This document shows positions 1 to 13,469 of a stretch of 64,000 bases of DNA, piece by piece. The notes beneath the pieces were generated by a model that saw only the letters and a list, made by a program, of their open reading frames with translations, ran no database searches and was not told where the DNA came from. A program made the position numbers and the translations under genes. Source of the DNA: Eledone cirrhosa (lineage: Eukaryota); contig OZ024743.1 in assembly GCA_964016885.1 (NCBI GenBank), positions 294,810,001 through 294,874,000 of the forward strand, given 5' to 3'. Position 1 is the first letter of the stretch. Each line of letters starts with the position of its first letter.

Positions 1-65
<65 letters not shown>

Positions 66-69
<4 letters not shown>

Positions 70-270
70 GATGAAATTATTGTGTACAGTACTCAGGTGC
101 ACTACAGTTCATCAAAGGTGCTTGTATAGTACATAGAATAATGTACAAATGTCAAGAAATTGAACAGCGTATGAGTCATGATATACATGTGTCCGTGTGT
201 ATGTAGTGTTGGCGAATTTCAGGAAGCATGAAGGTTTTAAAGAATGCAGTGTCTCGGCAGCTAACAATTA
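66..270 (-). mobile_element. 3' end fragment of a CR1/L2-type LINE
   Basis: Minus strand reads VSCRDTAFFKTFMLPEIRQHY, resembling a CR1-group ORF2 C-terminus recalled from memory. A short 3' UTR follows and ends in the (TA)n tract at 1-60. Confidence 0.45.
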
Positions 271-1292
271 TAAATATATATAATGTAATTGGCAGAGAAA
301 ATGGAAAGATTTCTTCTTCGCGGAGAGGCTGTACCTTCAATTTTTTCAGTCCTCAAATTGTTGGGTGAATTATATTCGTGCACTTTTCTATTTGAAACAT
401 AGTTTTTATATTGAAAGGGAGACAGAACTTTGGAAGTGTATCTTTCTTCTTTCCACAAAGCAGAATTGTGAACGCCATCAAGTCGATTTTACAATCATAT
501 GCACGAAACGTCTCCAAAGAATACCCAAACACAGACACAACAATAATCAATTGCAAAGTGTTACATCACCATTAAATAGAAGCAAAATACAGTTATAATA
601 GAAGAAATTTAAACTAGTACTAAACGGTGCCGCGGTGGAACTAAATCGACTAAAATACAGATTAGTTAGAACAAACATGAAGTTCACTTTTCCGTAAAAT
701 TAATCAAATTCTTGAGAAAAACAATACTCCAGAGATAGAAATCATATGATTAAAGGAAATGATACTAACATCAACAGTAAAGATACATTAATCTAATTCT
801 TTTCTATAGTTATAGTATTTAAATTTCCATAATAAGACTTCGTTTGTGATTATTTCTTTATCAAGAAAAATAAAGGTGATACTATTATATATTGAAGACG
901 TATATTACTAATAGAAAACTAAAAGAAAACTGAAAGAAGAAAAATTGGAAAGACAATATCATATATTAATAAAGATTTGGAATTAATAAAACTGCTGATA
1001 TAATCATATTGGTACGGCACACGTATTTAGAAGAGCGCTACCACTGTGCGAATGATAAAAGTATCTCTCTATATTTTGTTGATAATCGAGCACACTTATA
1101 TGATTATCATTCTGTTGTAAATATGATTTTAAACAGATCATGTGCACATTTATAAAGTAAATGATATAGTTCTAACTGTGTAACGTGCACAACCTGAACA
1201 ATTTGGTGCGGTTATTTTTGTGGGTTATGCAGTGAGTTTATTTGCCCGATAGGAAACGGAAATTAAACGGAAGAAAAAGAAAAGGATACTAA

Positions 1293-1495
1293 TAATTGTT
1301 TCTGATTTAGATTCAAGACTAGCAATTTTGGGGGAGGGGAAATTCGATCAAATCGACCTCAGTGCGTGACTGGTACTTTATTTTATCGACCTCGTAAGGA
1401 GGAAAGACAAAACTAACCTTGGCGGGATTTTAATTCAGAACGTAAAGAGCCGTACTCTATGCCGTTAAGCAGGGAGTCCAATGCTGTAATGATAC
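1293..1495 (-). mobile_element. tRNA-derived SINE, diverged copy
   Basis: Shares the ctggtactttattttatcgacc core, B-box-like segment and tail with the copies at 22754, 55491 and 62163. Confidence 0.8.
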
Positions 1496-1499
1496 TTCA

Positions 1500-3275
1500 G
1501 AAACCGATTTATAGGTGAAAATACAAAAGACAGAGACAGTGCGTATTCTACAAAATATTGAGTAAACAATACAAAAAAAAAATAACAATAAAATTATAAC
1601 AATGGAAATTCATTAATAGGGGAGAACCATCCAAGTTTGACTCATGAAGCCCACTAATCCTGAACCAGCAGACGCTTCGAGAAAACCAGAGGAGCTCACT
1701 GCATCCCTCTGCATTCAGCCAGCCTATAGGGGCACTCTGATTAGGCCTATCCACATGGAACATCTTCACCCATTTGACCCACCATGTAGCATATGTACTG
1801 GGGGGAAGCAATTCCCACACCACTATCACCTTCCTTTCCAAATGAAACTTGAACAAGTTGATGAAGGATTGACTGAAGAGAAAAATTTCAGTCTCCACTT
1901 TGTTCAACCTCGTCCACCACATAACCTATTTCGCTACAGCGACCAGGCAGATGAAAACTGCCTGCCCTTGCCAGCCAAAAGAAGGTGGCGGGCTGCTCTT
2001 CACTATGGATCCGTCTCAAATGCTATAATAGCTGTTCGACATAACTTTACGAGTGCGTATAGAGCGGTTTCGCCCTCCTGCGCCTATCTCGGACAGATCT
2101 GTCTGACTGCACTTCCGTGTCAGTAGAGTTTATCTCGACCCGGCTGTGCCCCCCGCCCCCGGTAGCACTGCCAAGTGAAGGATTTCTGGAGGATATCCCT
2201 ATTCCCAGGCCAATTCTTTTTTGTTGACGCCCAGAGACTCTCTAAGAGCGTCGTCGAACTTACCCACCACTAATCATCTATAGAACTCAAGATTGGAATT
2301 TCCAATGACCACATTGCCCACCTGGTAGAGTGCAATGAGTGCCTGGTAACATTCCAGATGCTAGATATCCAGTATTGTTCTCTTTCTGATCTCGGACTGT
2401 TGTTAAGTCAAATAGACGAGCTGCGGAAAGGCCTGTTAAAAAAACGGTGAACACGCCTGTTCACTGTTTAAGACTATATAAAGATGACGTTGCTTGAACG
2501 CATGGTTGCGAATCATCAGCCTCGGATTGCTCAGCCTTCCACGCAGAGGATTCTGGCAGCAAATGGACTACCTAACGAATGGAACATGGCCCTTTCACAA
2601 GAATTTGAAGAGCAGAAGCTCCAGTTTGGTGAGCTGCGAACAAGGCAAGGCACGAGGGTCAAGTGGCTGTAGATGATGGATGCGATGTACGCGTTCTCCA
2701 CCTCCACCCTACCTTTAAAGGATGGCTTGCTATCGGCCCATCTTTTGTGTGAGAGTGGCTACCCCGCTCGTTACCTCGTCCAAATTCGTATACACCTGGA
2801 GATCTGGTCCGAACCAGACCTCAACGAACTTCACCGGTCCGTCTATCCGGCATCCGACAACGCTGTTGAACGGCATAGATTTGCTCTATACGTGCCGACC
2901 TGCAAACACACCGATATATTTTGGTCCAGTTTTGTTTCCATCAACCTTTCAAATTCTTCTAAGAAGGTGCCAACCACCTCGATTTCCGAGGTGTCAACAG
3001 CATCACGGTGATGTCCGCATATTCGACACTACCCTTCCACATCCCGCTTCGAGTGGGATGTTCTCTAATAGCTCCAGCTTCTTCTGTAGTAAAGGATATA
3101 GAGGCAATAAGTACGGAAGGGAGGAGAGAGGGTGCTCTTGACGGACCGATCGTGTGATCTGAAACGGGTCCGAAAGGTGGCCTTTTACTTTGACCAACGA
3201 ACAGATGCCGCTGTGCGTTGCAGTAATCCAGCCTCTGACGACGGGGCCGATGCCAGCGGCCTTGAAGACAACCTC
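1500..3275 (-). mobile_element. 5'-truncated, degenerate L1/Tx1-clade LINE (RT fragment and 3' UTR)
   Basis: Minus peptide VKVKGHLSDPFQITRSVRQEHPLSSLPYLL is a degenerate QGCPLSP RT motif. The region is collinear with the copy at 13470-16452 and has many frameshifts. The 3' boundary is approximate. Confidence 0.85.
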
Positions 3276-5519
3276 TTAATGATGTTTTATGCCTGAGCCA
3301 AACGTTCTTTGTTTACCAAGACTTCAACTTGAAAGAATTGTGTTGAGATCATTCGTCTTATTGCCGTCGTTCTTCCTCTTGCTGTTGCTGGTGCGCTTGA
3401 TTATTTCACTTGTTTCCTTGCTGCTATTAGTGCTGTCGTTTCGACATTTTTGGTTGTGCTAGTGATGTTGTTATTTGTGATGTTGACATTGTTGCTATCG
3501 TTTGTTTTGTTTGCTTTTTGTTGGCGCTACTGTTGTTGTTGACGATAATATTTAAAGTGGTTGTCGTTTACATAATGATGGTGGTTGGGTCGTGTTTCTA
3601 TTCTAAAAAAATAAAATAAAGTTCAAATATTTGGGTCCAAGTCACAAATATTATAGGGTCGCAACAACGATATAAAATTGAATGCAATATAAACACTTTA
3701 AAATTAACAAAACCTATGGAGAGGTATCCACATATGTTTTGTCAGACAAAACAACAAAGATGATAATAATAATAATAATATTAATAATAATGATAATAAT
3801 ATTAGTAATAATAAACACAAGGATTTGAAGTCATTAATTGCTTTATATGTATTTGTTTGAAATATGCTCAACTGTTCAGCTATTACATCCCATTTTAATG
3901 AAATATTTCAAGAAAATACATAGGTGAAAATTTATTAAGTTTGTAGTAAACGAAAACAATAAAGGAAAACAGATAACATGCACATGATGTCAATAAACAT
4001 GATAACATTATTGTAACAACTAAGTTGAAAATAAAGAGTAGTTTTTAGATATCGATGTTAATTTAAATTTATGTCCGAGGGAAATAAACAATGGTATTCT
4101 TTCTAAAAGGTTCATGATACAAACCATTCATGGCCGACAAAAGGTTGTTGTTCTGCTGAGGTGAATCTGAAAGTGTGTTACGTTTTAATGCTAGGATTGC
4201 TTTATTTAACGCTACGCCAACAAATCCTTTACAAATATAACGGGTTTCATAAATTTTTAAATACTGGTTGTCTCACATGAGACATTTCGGAATATATAGC
4301 GAGACAACAAGGATACAAATTTAAGTCTACACTGACAAACAGAGTACGAGGTGAGGCGGAAATGAGATAGGAAAAAAATGCAACAAAGATAGAACAAGAT
4401 CGAAAATATATATAAAATGAAGAAATATTTATGTATAAGAACGTAGAATATAATACATTAGTAATGATTTGAAAGAAAAAAGTGGGAAGAAATGGGAAGA
4501 GGTCATACATATCACTGCTTCGGGTAGAAGTTGCCTAAAGCATTTTCTCAGAGAACAGCAAGCAATACACACAGCATTAACCACTTCAATCCGCAGAGCT
4601 GTTGTTATCATTCAGTTTTGGCATAGGAAATCGGCAGTACTGAGACCGAGGTCACTGGATGTCTCAATATCGACTGGCATAAATAGGAATTATATAAATA
4701 AACAATGACTGGTATTTAAATGGGAGAATCTCACGTATATTTACATCGGCACTGACAGATGTGTATTAGAGTCTCAACACATCGCATAGATGCAAAGGAT
4801 CCGAAGATAGATTTCTATATTGATCGGAGTTGTGATAATATTTTAATTAAAGGCTCCATTTTAACAAAAAAAAATCGACAGATAGCAAAACTAATTATAT
4901 ATATATATATATGTATAGTGAAAGCGTGCAGTCTCGAATTTAGCATGTTGGCTACCTGTTCACAAAGCCATAAGTTTAGTTCATGAACTGAGCAACGTGT
5001 TGTTTTCGTGCGTGGTATTTGATTTTCCGTTGTTACAGTCTACTTATGTGAAAGTAATAAGGTCCAACAGTTGCTGGGGTACAAACTTGCAGCAAGCTGG
5101 CCTTCTAATAAAACAGAAGTCTTGTACGCTCAATCATCTAGCGCTACATGAAACTGAGGTAAGCTTCTACCTGAGGGCGTCTAGGATCGAGAAAGGCTTC
5201 ACATGCCATATAGAAAGACGGCAAAATGGCGGAATATTTGACGTATTGGGTTGAGAGTTTTGTCTTATTTTTCCGTCAATTACGAGTACGGTATTAAATC
5301 CGGAAGCGATAAATTTATCATTTTGCAATCGGTATACAAAATACCAGTATTATTGCAAGATTTTCTATATGATCCACCATGTCTTGTAAGATTATTGAAA
5401 CTTTCTCCGTTGTGGAAAGTGGATATAGCCTACATTTTGCGTTAAGTGTTTCTGCGGAAAACCTACTTACTTAGACGTTAATTGTACGAATATGAAATGC
5501 AAGAACAATCGATACGTAT

Positions 5520-5790
5520 GGTACAATCCTCTTGCTTAATCTCCTAATTTCTGACCATGTCCATTTCGTTTCATCAACTGCTCACCAATGGGATATCTTC
5601 TCACAGGTTGTAAGTTTTCGCTCCACTGTCCACCTTTTGCACTAATATTTGAGGGTTGGAACGAATATTGGTTTCAGCCGCCTGACTTTGCAATAGGTAT
5701 TCTTTGATGGTGTAGCTCAGGTGCTAGCTGACTGAGTTTTCCTTCTGGATAAAGTTACGAATTGAAATCGAAACAGATTTCCGTTTATCA
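5520..5790 (-). mobile_element. highly degenerate RTE-like LINE fragment
   Basis: Minus strand gives RLKPIFVPTLKY*CKRWTVERKLTTCEK, reminiscent of the RTE C-terminal PxLLYGxExW region. Confidence 0.3.
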
Positions 5791-6393
5791 GCAGGTTATT
5801 TGTTACACATCAGTGTTCTTCTTATTGATTTATACATATATACATAAAGAGACATAAGGTTGGATAGGTTGATACATATATGGAATAATGGAGAGATAGA
5901 AAGATAGATGGCCAGAGAAAAGGAATAGGGTGAAATATATAGAGATGATTGATAGTAAGAAAGATAAGCAGATAGACGGACATAATAAATGTGCCTGTGC
6001 AAATGAACATGTTGTGTCAGAACAATTACCATCAGAGTTGTTCCGTCTTTAATTTATTCATTAGTTCTTTACATAGCAATTTACAGACAATACTCCAACA
6101 ATGCTGCCGCCGCATCAATATTCAATGCTTGCAATGCAAAAGATTTCTTCATCTTTGAAATTGAGAGATGGCAGGAGGTACACACAGACACAGCCATACA
6201 CACACACCACACAAACGCACACTCAGGAAGAAGGCTGACATATATATATATACATATATATATACATGTGTGAGTTTTTGTGCATAGGTTTATTTACGTG
6301 TATGTGTTTAAAGCAATATAATCAATGCTGGCTATACAAAATTGCGGCATCTTTCAATCTTTGAAATGAAAAGATAAATAGGTAGATATGTGT

Positions 6394-6827
<434 letters not shown>

Positions 6828-8128
6828 ATCTATGTGTGTGTATTTGTATCTATATGTGTATTCAATGCTATGTAAAAGTTTTCGTTCTTCTTCGAAGCGA
6901 TTTAACGATATTTAGCGTTGAGATGTCCGACTACATTTCCTAATATTTTATTTTCCATCCAATATATATTCCGACAGCACTATTTCACAAACTTTTTCCT
7001 CTCTGTCAAAGTATGTGATTTATCAATTTATTTTTTATCGTTTTTTTTTTTACACTGTTTGCTTCTATACTAAATAATGCTATTGATTGAATTACTCAAT
7101 AAAAAAACAATGTGTGTATTATATAATGGTTACTAATGTTGCGGAGAATCGGCAGACTAGTTTGGCCGTAAGATAGAACACTTTGTAGAATTCATTCAGT
7201 TCTTTGAGTCCGAATTCCATGGAAGTCAACATTGTATTTCATCGTTTACGATGGATATATATAGTACCAGTCCACTACTGGAGATGGATTTTCTTCTTTC
7301 GTTCATTCTTTTTTTCGTTATTTCTTTTATTCGTTCTTTCTTTCTTTCTTTCTTTCTTCCTTCAATTCTCCCTTTCTCTCTACCCATCTCTCTCTCTATT
7401 TCTATCTCTCTCATTCTTTATCTGTACTATGTCGAACGTAGTCAAATCTAAAGATGGATCAGTATTATCAGGTTTATAGATAACGACAATGCTGCTACAA
7501 TTCTATAAGGAATCATGTGATCATTGAATATGAAGGATCACTATTATCCATCTTAGGCGGACTAATTTGTATTAGTTATATAAGGAATCGTATACTCCCC
7601 CTGCAACTTTAGATCCTTATTGTTCCTTTGTATCAGTTAAATAATAAGACCTTCTTATTTTTCTGATCAGCATAATCAGTGATAGTGTTGCTATTTTGGT
7701 CTGTTTGAGGCCTGGTTTCTTTTGTTTTTGCCTGTAACTGGAGGATGAGGCCACAACATGGGCGAATTGGTGAAATGCTCAATTTTGATCCCACTCCATA
7801 GTATCTAGCGCAAGTGGCGTTTACAATAAGGTCGGGTTTGTCCTAGCCTTGTGTGCGAGATTAGCTAGCCGTAAAACGAATAGAAAACTGTCAGGTAGTT
7901 CATACCTTTATTTCAAATAGCCAGGTTAGTCAACTTGAGACTCAGTTTGAATGTCACATAGAATAATGTTAAGGGTGAATATGATAGACACACGTTGAAA
8001 CTTATCCATGTTAATTTCATAATCATATTACTCCGATGATCGAAAACAAATAAAATACACTTCCTCGAAACCAACGGATTCCCAATCCAGTTAAGTCCTT
8101 TCTGACAGTGTTATTATCGTCTTGTAGT

Positions 8129-8252
<124 letters not shown>

Positions 8253-8650
8253 TTAATTGGAGTTCGAACTTCGCTTCGCAACAAATTACGTTTAGAAGCA
8301 TATTTAGTTGTTCTTTCAGGTTTAACGTTTGTTCCTTGAGCAAGTTGATGGTCTTGTTGTTGGTAGTGGCGGTGGTCTTTGTTGTTGTTGCTATTATTGA
8401 TTTTATTATGGTTGCGGTTGTTGTTTGTTTTTCTGTAGTACCAAGTAGATCCTGATTGTAGAATCATTTGCTTAACGAGAAGACAGAATCACCAGATACT
8501 TCATACTAGTTATAAGATGTTTCTGCATATATATGTATAAATGTATCTAATATTCTAATATGTACGTTCCCGAGTTGTGTCGGGGTTACAGTATATGTAT
8601 ATCTATCTATATAAGTATCTCTCTCTCTCTATATATATATATATATGTAT

Positions 8651-8685
<35 letters not shown>

Positions 8686-8978
8686 TATATGTGTGTGTGT
8701 GTGTGTATAAATTATGCTTAAGGCAGTTTCAAAATCCAACAAATAACAGATAGCCTTTCAACATTGAACCCGCCTGGTGTCAGAAATTAATGCTGAACGC
8801 ATTCGTAGATCAATCAACAACGTAAATATTCGTATAAACGGACAAAAGTGACGAGTAAAAAATGCCACTTGAAATAGCAGTCAATATAGCCCTCTTTCAG
8901 TTCACCATATAGGGAGTAAGAAATTAAACATAAGCAAATTTGTCTGACTTATGTATAATATATATATATATATTTAGA

Positions 8979-9063
8979 AGTCTGACGAGCTTCTGATTGC
9001 AGTATCGGGCTAGATCGATACAGGTTGGACCTTGAGCTGATCAATAGCGTAATGCGAGTCACT
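8979..9063 (+). ncRNA. degenerate type I hammerhead motif with long helix-II insert (solo PLE terminal repeat)
   Basis: agt CTGACGA GCT..AGC GTAA TGCGA GTC act. GAAA is mutated to GTAA. Homologous to the copies at 29550, 57514 and 60476. Confidence 0.55.
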
Positions 9064-10129
9064 ACGTAATAAATGTAACGAAGACATGGCTGAAACTAGT
9101 CGGTGGAATTGTGTAACAGAATTATCTTGATGATATAAGATGCTTCATGAAGTATGGCCCGTAAGTTCCAAAGGGAATTCACGGCAATTGAAAGGGTACC
9201 AAGAAAAACTGGGCAAAATGTGCTGAAATTCGAATATAGATTTATTACATAATATATTTAGCAAATATTTCTTCGTATTGCAACAAGTTTTGCCAACTTT
9301 TTCCTAGTACATTGTTCAGGTTATATATATATATATTTATAACGGGAGAAATATAAAAGTAAGAGAGAGAGAGAGAGCCAGGCAGACAGACAGAGCGAGA
9401 CAAAACGAGAGAGAAAGTTAAATATAGATGAATAAATATATGGATAGATAGCAAAAGTGAAGTATACGCATATCGAGTGAGCTATAGAAGGAAAAAAGGA
9501 AGGAGAAATTATCGAGTATATATTTTTGCCGATATTTATAAATTGTAAGTGAAGTTAATGACAATCTTGCAAATAATAATTACTCGAACTTAAAATATAG
9601 AAATATTTAATGAAATAATCAGAGATGTATGAACAAATTCTTTTTACACAATATGCAATAAATGTTTATATATAACTGAGAAAGTATTTGAATGTTACCT
9701 GCATAAACATCATTAAATATAGTTAATCTCGCCGACATAAATAGCGTTTGCAACTTGATGGAAATATTTACATATCATAATAATAGAAATAGTGTGTTAT
9801 TTATTATCTTCATAATTAGGACCGACAAGAAGGTTATTTTATTGAAGAAAAATCGTATCATAATATTCACACTAAAATATGTCCATTTAGCCGTTTTTAT
9901 ACTAAGTTACCTGAAACCGGTTCAGGTTCAATGACAAACACTACCCCATTTTACCATGTTTGCATGCTTGCATGCTTGTATGATCCCATAACTCCATTGA
10001 TATACGGCATTTCTAGGGCACTTTTACACTTAGTGTAACCCAATCGACTCCAGGTCTGAATACAGACGATTTCTTCCAGAGAAGGGAAGAGACACCCAGA
10101 GAATGGAAGAGAAAGATATATACAGGAAG

Positions 10130-10235
10130 AATTGACCTTAGTACTAGACCAGCAAGTATTTTTTTATCGACCTCGAATAGATAAAAGGCAAAGTTGACAA
10201 CAGCGCAATTTAGACTCCAAAAGCAGAGACAAAAA
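10130..10235 (-). mobile_element. SINE fragment
   Basis: Contains tttatcgacctcgaatagataaaaggcaaagttgac, matching the SINE core. Confidence 0.6.
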
Positions 10236-10455
10236 CCTGCATCATAATTTTGTGTTAGAAATTTGTTAAGTTATGTTTCAAATAGCTGCTTAATAATGAG
10301 AAAGCCACATTTCTAAAGCCGTACAATTACACAATTATTTTCAAAAGTAATTGGAAATCATAGGCAGAACCTACACACACTCACACATGCAGATATATAT
10401 ACACACACACACACACATGCACACACACAAACACACACACACACGCACATACACA

Positions 10456-10511
<56 letters not shown>

Positions 10512-10559
10512 AGTATATGTTGGTTGTTTTATTTTATTTTATTTTATTTTATTTTATTT

Positions 10560-10632
<73 letters not shown>

Positions 10633-10700
10633 ACTACAAGACGATTATAACACTGTCATATAATGTATGTATGTTTGTATGTGCGAATATATATATATAG

Positions 10701-10788
10701 AAATTTCGTATTTCTAAAGAAACACAGTATGTTTACAGCTATATATATATATAGCTGTAAACATACCGTGTTTCTTTAGAAATACGAA

Positions 10789-10792
<4 letters not shown>
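10701..10792. repeat. near-perfect palindrome with ~40-bp arms around a (TA) centre
   Basis: aaatttcgtatttctaaagaaacacagtatgtttacagct is followed by its reverse complement with one mismatch. Confidence 0.95.
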
Positions 10793-10834
<42 letters not shown>

Positions 10835-11024
10835 GAGCAGATTAGATCAAACATGACGGGCGCTCTATCTCAAAATTATTTTTGAAAAGCATTAGAAATG
10901 CGCAACCGGTAACAACTTAAAACTAAAACTGAATACTAACAAATACTTATTACTAATTTTTACTTATTCCTAATTAAAGTATTTTTCACTGGGAAAAATT
11001 TGTAAGCATTTTCTTTTCCTTTTA

Positions 11025-11061
<37 letters not shown>

Positions 11062-11097
11062 GTACATGAATCGCATATTTGGGAGGGAAATATATAC

Positions 11098-11191
<94 letters not shown>

Positions 11192-11193
<2 letters not shown>

Positions 11194-11375
11194 GTAGGTT
11201 CCGGGTTGAGTCGGGGATAACCACAGTAAGTAAGGTACTCAATACATGGCAGAGTAAATTTTTTTTATTTTATAGAAGGAGCTTCTACAGGACTAGTATT
11301 GTTTCAGTCAGATGAAATCTTCCTGAAGATTTCATCTGAATGAAACACTACTAGTCCTGTAGAAACTCCTTCTAT

Positions 11376-11380
<5 letters not shown>
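11192..11380. mobile_element. ~190-bp hairpin mini-element with hammerhead motif (family F1)
   Basis: Near-identical to 22069-22262. It has an internal inverted repeat and CTGAAGA..GAAA..GTA at 11323-11361. Confidence 0.8.
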
Positions 11381-11420
<40 letters not shown>

Positions 11421-12940
11421 AGGTGCGTTATTGGTTGTGTAAAATGGTCCAATAAATTTATGTTAGCAATATTATGTTCCCCACGCTTTTGTATATCTCC
11501 AATTCCATTCAAGGGAACAGCTAGATGATGTAAAACGGAGTATAAGTATCAAAATGAAGATCCGAAGGCAAGGTAAAATTCCAATCATATGAGGGAATGA
11601 ATTCTGTGAGAGAACATCGTTATTTTTCTCCCTCATATCAAGAATTTGAAGACATTCATTTTCACCTGATAATCGATCATGGCTTCACAATCGATCTATC
11701 TCTTATTGAAACATGTGTCGTGATTAAATGATTGAGAGAGAGAGAGAGATACAATAATATTAAATAAATGGAAACTATATTTATAAAACGATATTTATTC
11801 TATTATATATATTTCAAGGATACCAAAACTTTGGTACGCCCTTTATCAGATAAAATACAAAGTTTGTTGTATAACTATTGACATAACCAGGAAGAAGAAC
11901 TTAACGGTTCAAGTTTTTCCTGGATAGTAAAGGAAATACGGGAAAGAGAAAAAAGTCAAATATTTCAAACTATTAAGAGGAGTATGCAAATGAGATTGAG
12001 GTATAGGGCTGAAAAAAACGTTAATTTTAGACGCTAGGTAGATTTAAATAATTATTAGGATATATGTATGTATGTGTAGGCAGAAGAAAGAGAAAGAAAG
12101 AAGAGCTTGTATTTACGTTAATTTAAAAAGAATTAACAGTTCGTGGTAATGGTGGAATATGATTCCAGAATTTAAAAAAATTACTTAGCTATATTATGAG
12201 TTATAATATTGTATATATAATCAATTAGATTATATGAAGAATTATGGTTGTAAGTATTTTTATCTTATTACATTACAACAGGTTGTACGTATATAATTAT
12301 CTATATAGATTAATAATTGTGCAAGTATAATTATTATTGGTGATTTTATAGAAATAAATCACAATTATTAGTTGTTTACATTTCTCATATGAGTTACGAA
12401 GGTTGTTGATTTTGCATTTTACATACAAAATTTAAGAAAAAGACGTAGTTCAAGTTGTAAGAGGAGAACAATTTGTAGATTCAAATATTTTGTTACAACA
12501 TTAAAAATGTTTTCGGAATATTGTTAATTTAACGAAGTTATATAGTTTATCATACAAGTTATCATATGTATGTTTGCTCAATTGTAAAGGAACAGATAAC
12601 TCCAATCTTATTTGCTAATCGTTAAATTTGATGAATGATTTACTCAGAAAGTATCTAGAGAAAATGATATATTATTTTGTGTGAGTTTAATTTTCTTTCA
12701 AGGATGAGAATTTCAAATACATATTATTTAAGACGAAAGATGTGTGAAGCGGTTGAAGCTCAAAAAGAGGAAAAAAAGTATTATGCATTTCGAAGAACTA
12801 TCGTAAAGAGGATATCTTTCAGAATGTCAATTAAGGATTATCAATCTACTCTAAAAATATAGGTTAAGAAGAGTATCATGAGGAAAAGCATATCAAATGG
12901 TAAAAATATTAAATTAATGAAGGAAGATATAGATATAGAT

Positions 12941-13373
12941 ATATAAGTATGTATACGTACATACATATATGTGTACAGACGTACAGTAGTATGTATATAC
13001 ATACATACATGCACATATATATATGTACGTATGGGTTTACCGAACATATATTATAATACTCGGTTGGTTTGTAAACAAACAGCCCGAATTATTAGCCGTA
13101 CTATGTTCGGCAACCATCGTTGCCATTTTGTTCAACACTGACAAAGGAAAGATGAACGAGTTTCTAGCTTATTAGCTGTCATCAGCACCTTATACCTTCC
13201 TGTCAGTTGATTGAACGTTTGAAAGTACATACTTTGCTTATGCATATTTTCAAATTATAATAAATGTCGGGTAAACGCATACGTACATATATATATATAT
13301 GTGTGTGCATGTATGTATATTCATACTACTGTACGTCTATATGCATATATGTATGTACGTATACATACTTATA
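12941..13373. repeat. foldback element with ~105-bp inverted arms and a ~215-bp spacer
   Basis: 12941-13047 is the approximate reverse complement of 13264-13373. Confidence 0.8.
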
Positions 13374-13420
13374 TTTAAGTATCAGCCGTACTAAGAGTGA
13401 GAAATCAAATTTCATTTTTT

Positions 13421-13465
<45 letters not shown>

Positions 13466-13469
13466 TAGA

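Noticed and set aside
1644-3141. Plus-strand ORFs of 60-160 aa
   Set aside because: They are antisense shadows of the minus-strand LINE. The same applies to + ORFs over the Helitron, RTE and minus-strand PLEs.
12100-12900. Possible AT-rich decayed CR1/L2 RT on the minus strand (QLELRL, FWNHIP)
   Set aside because: Only two short motif-like words amid many stops; insufficient without an HMM search.
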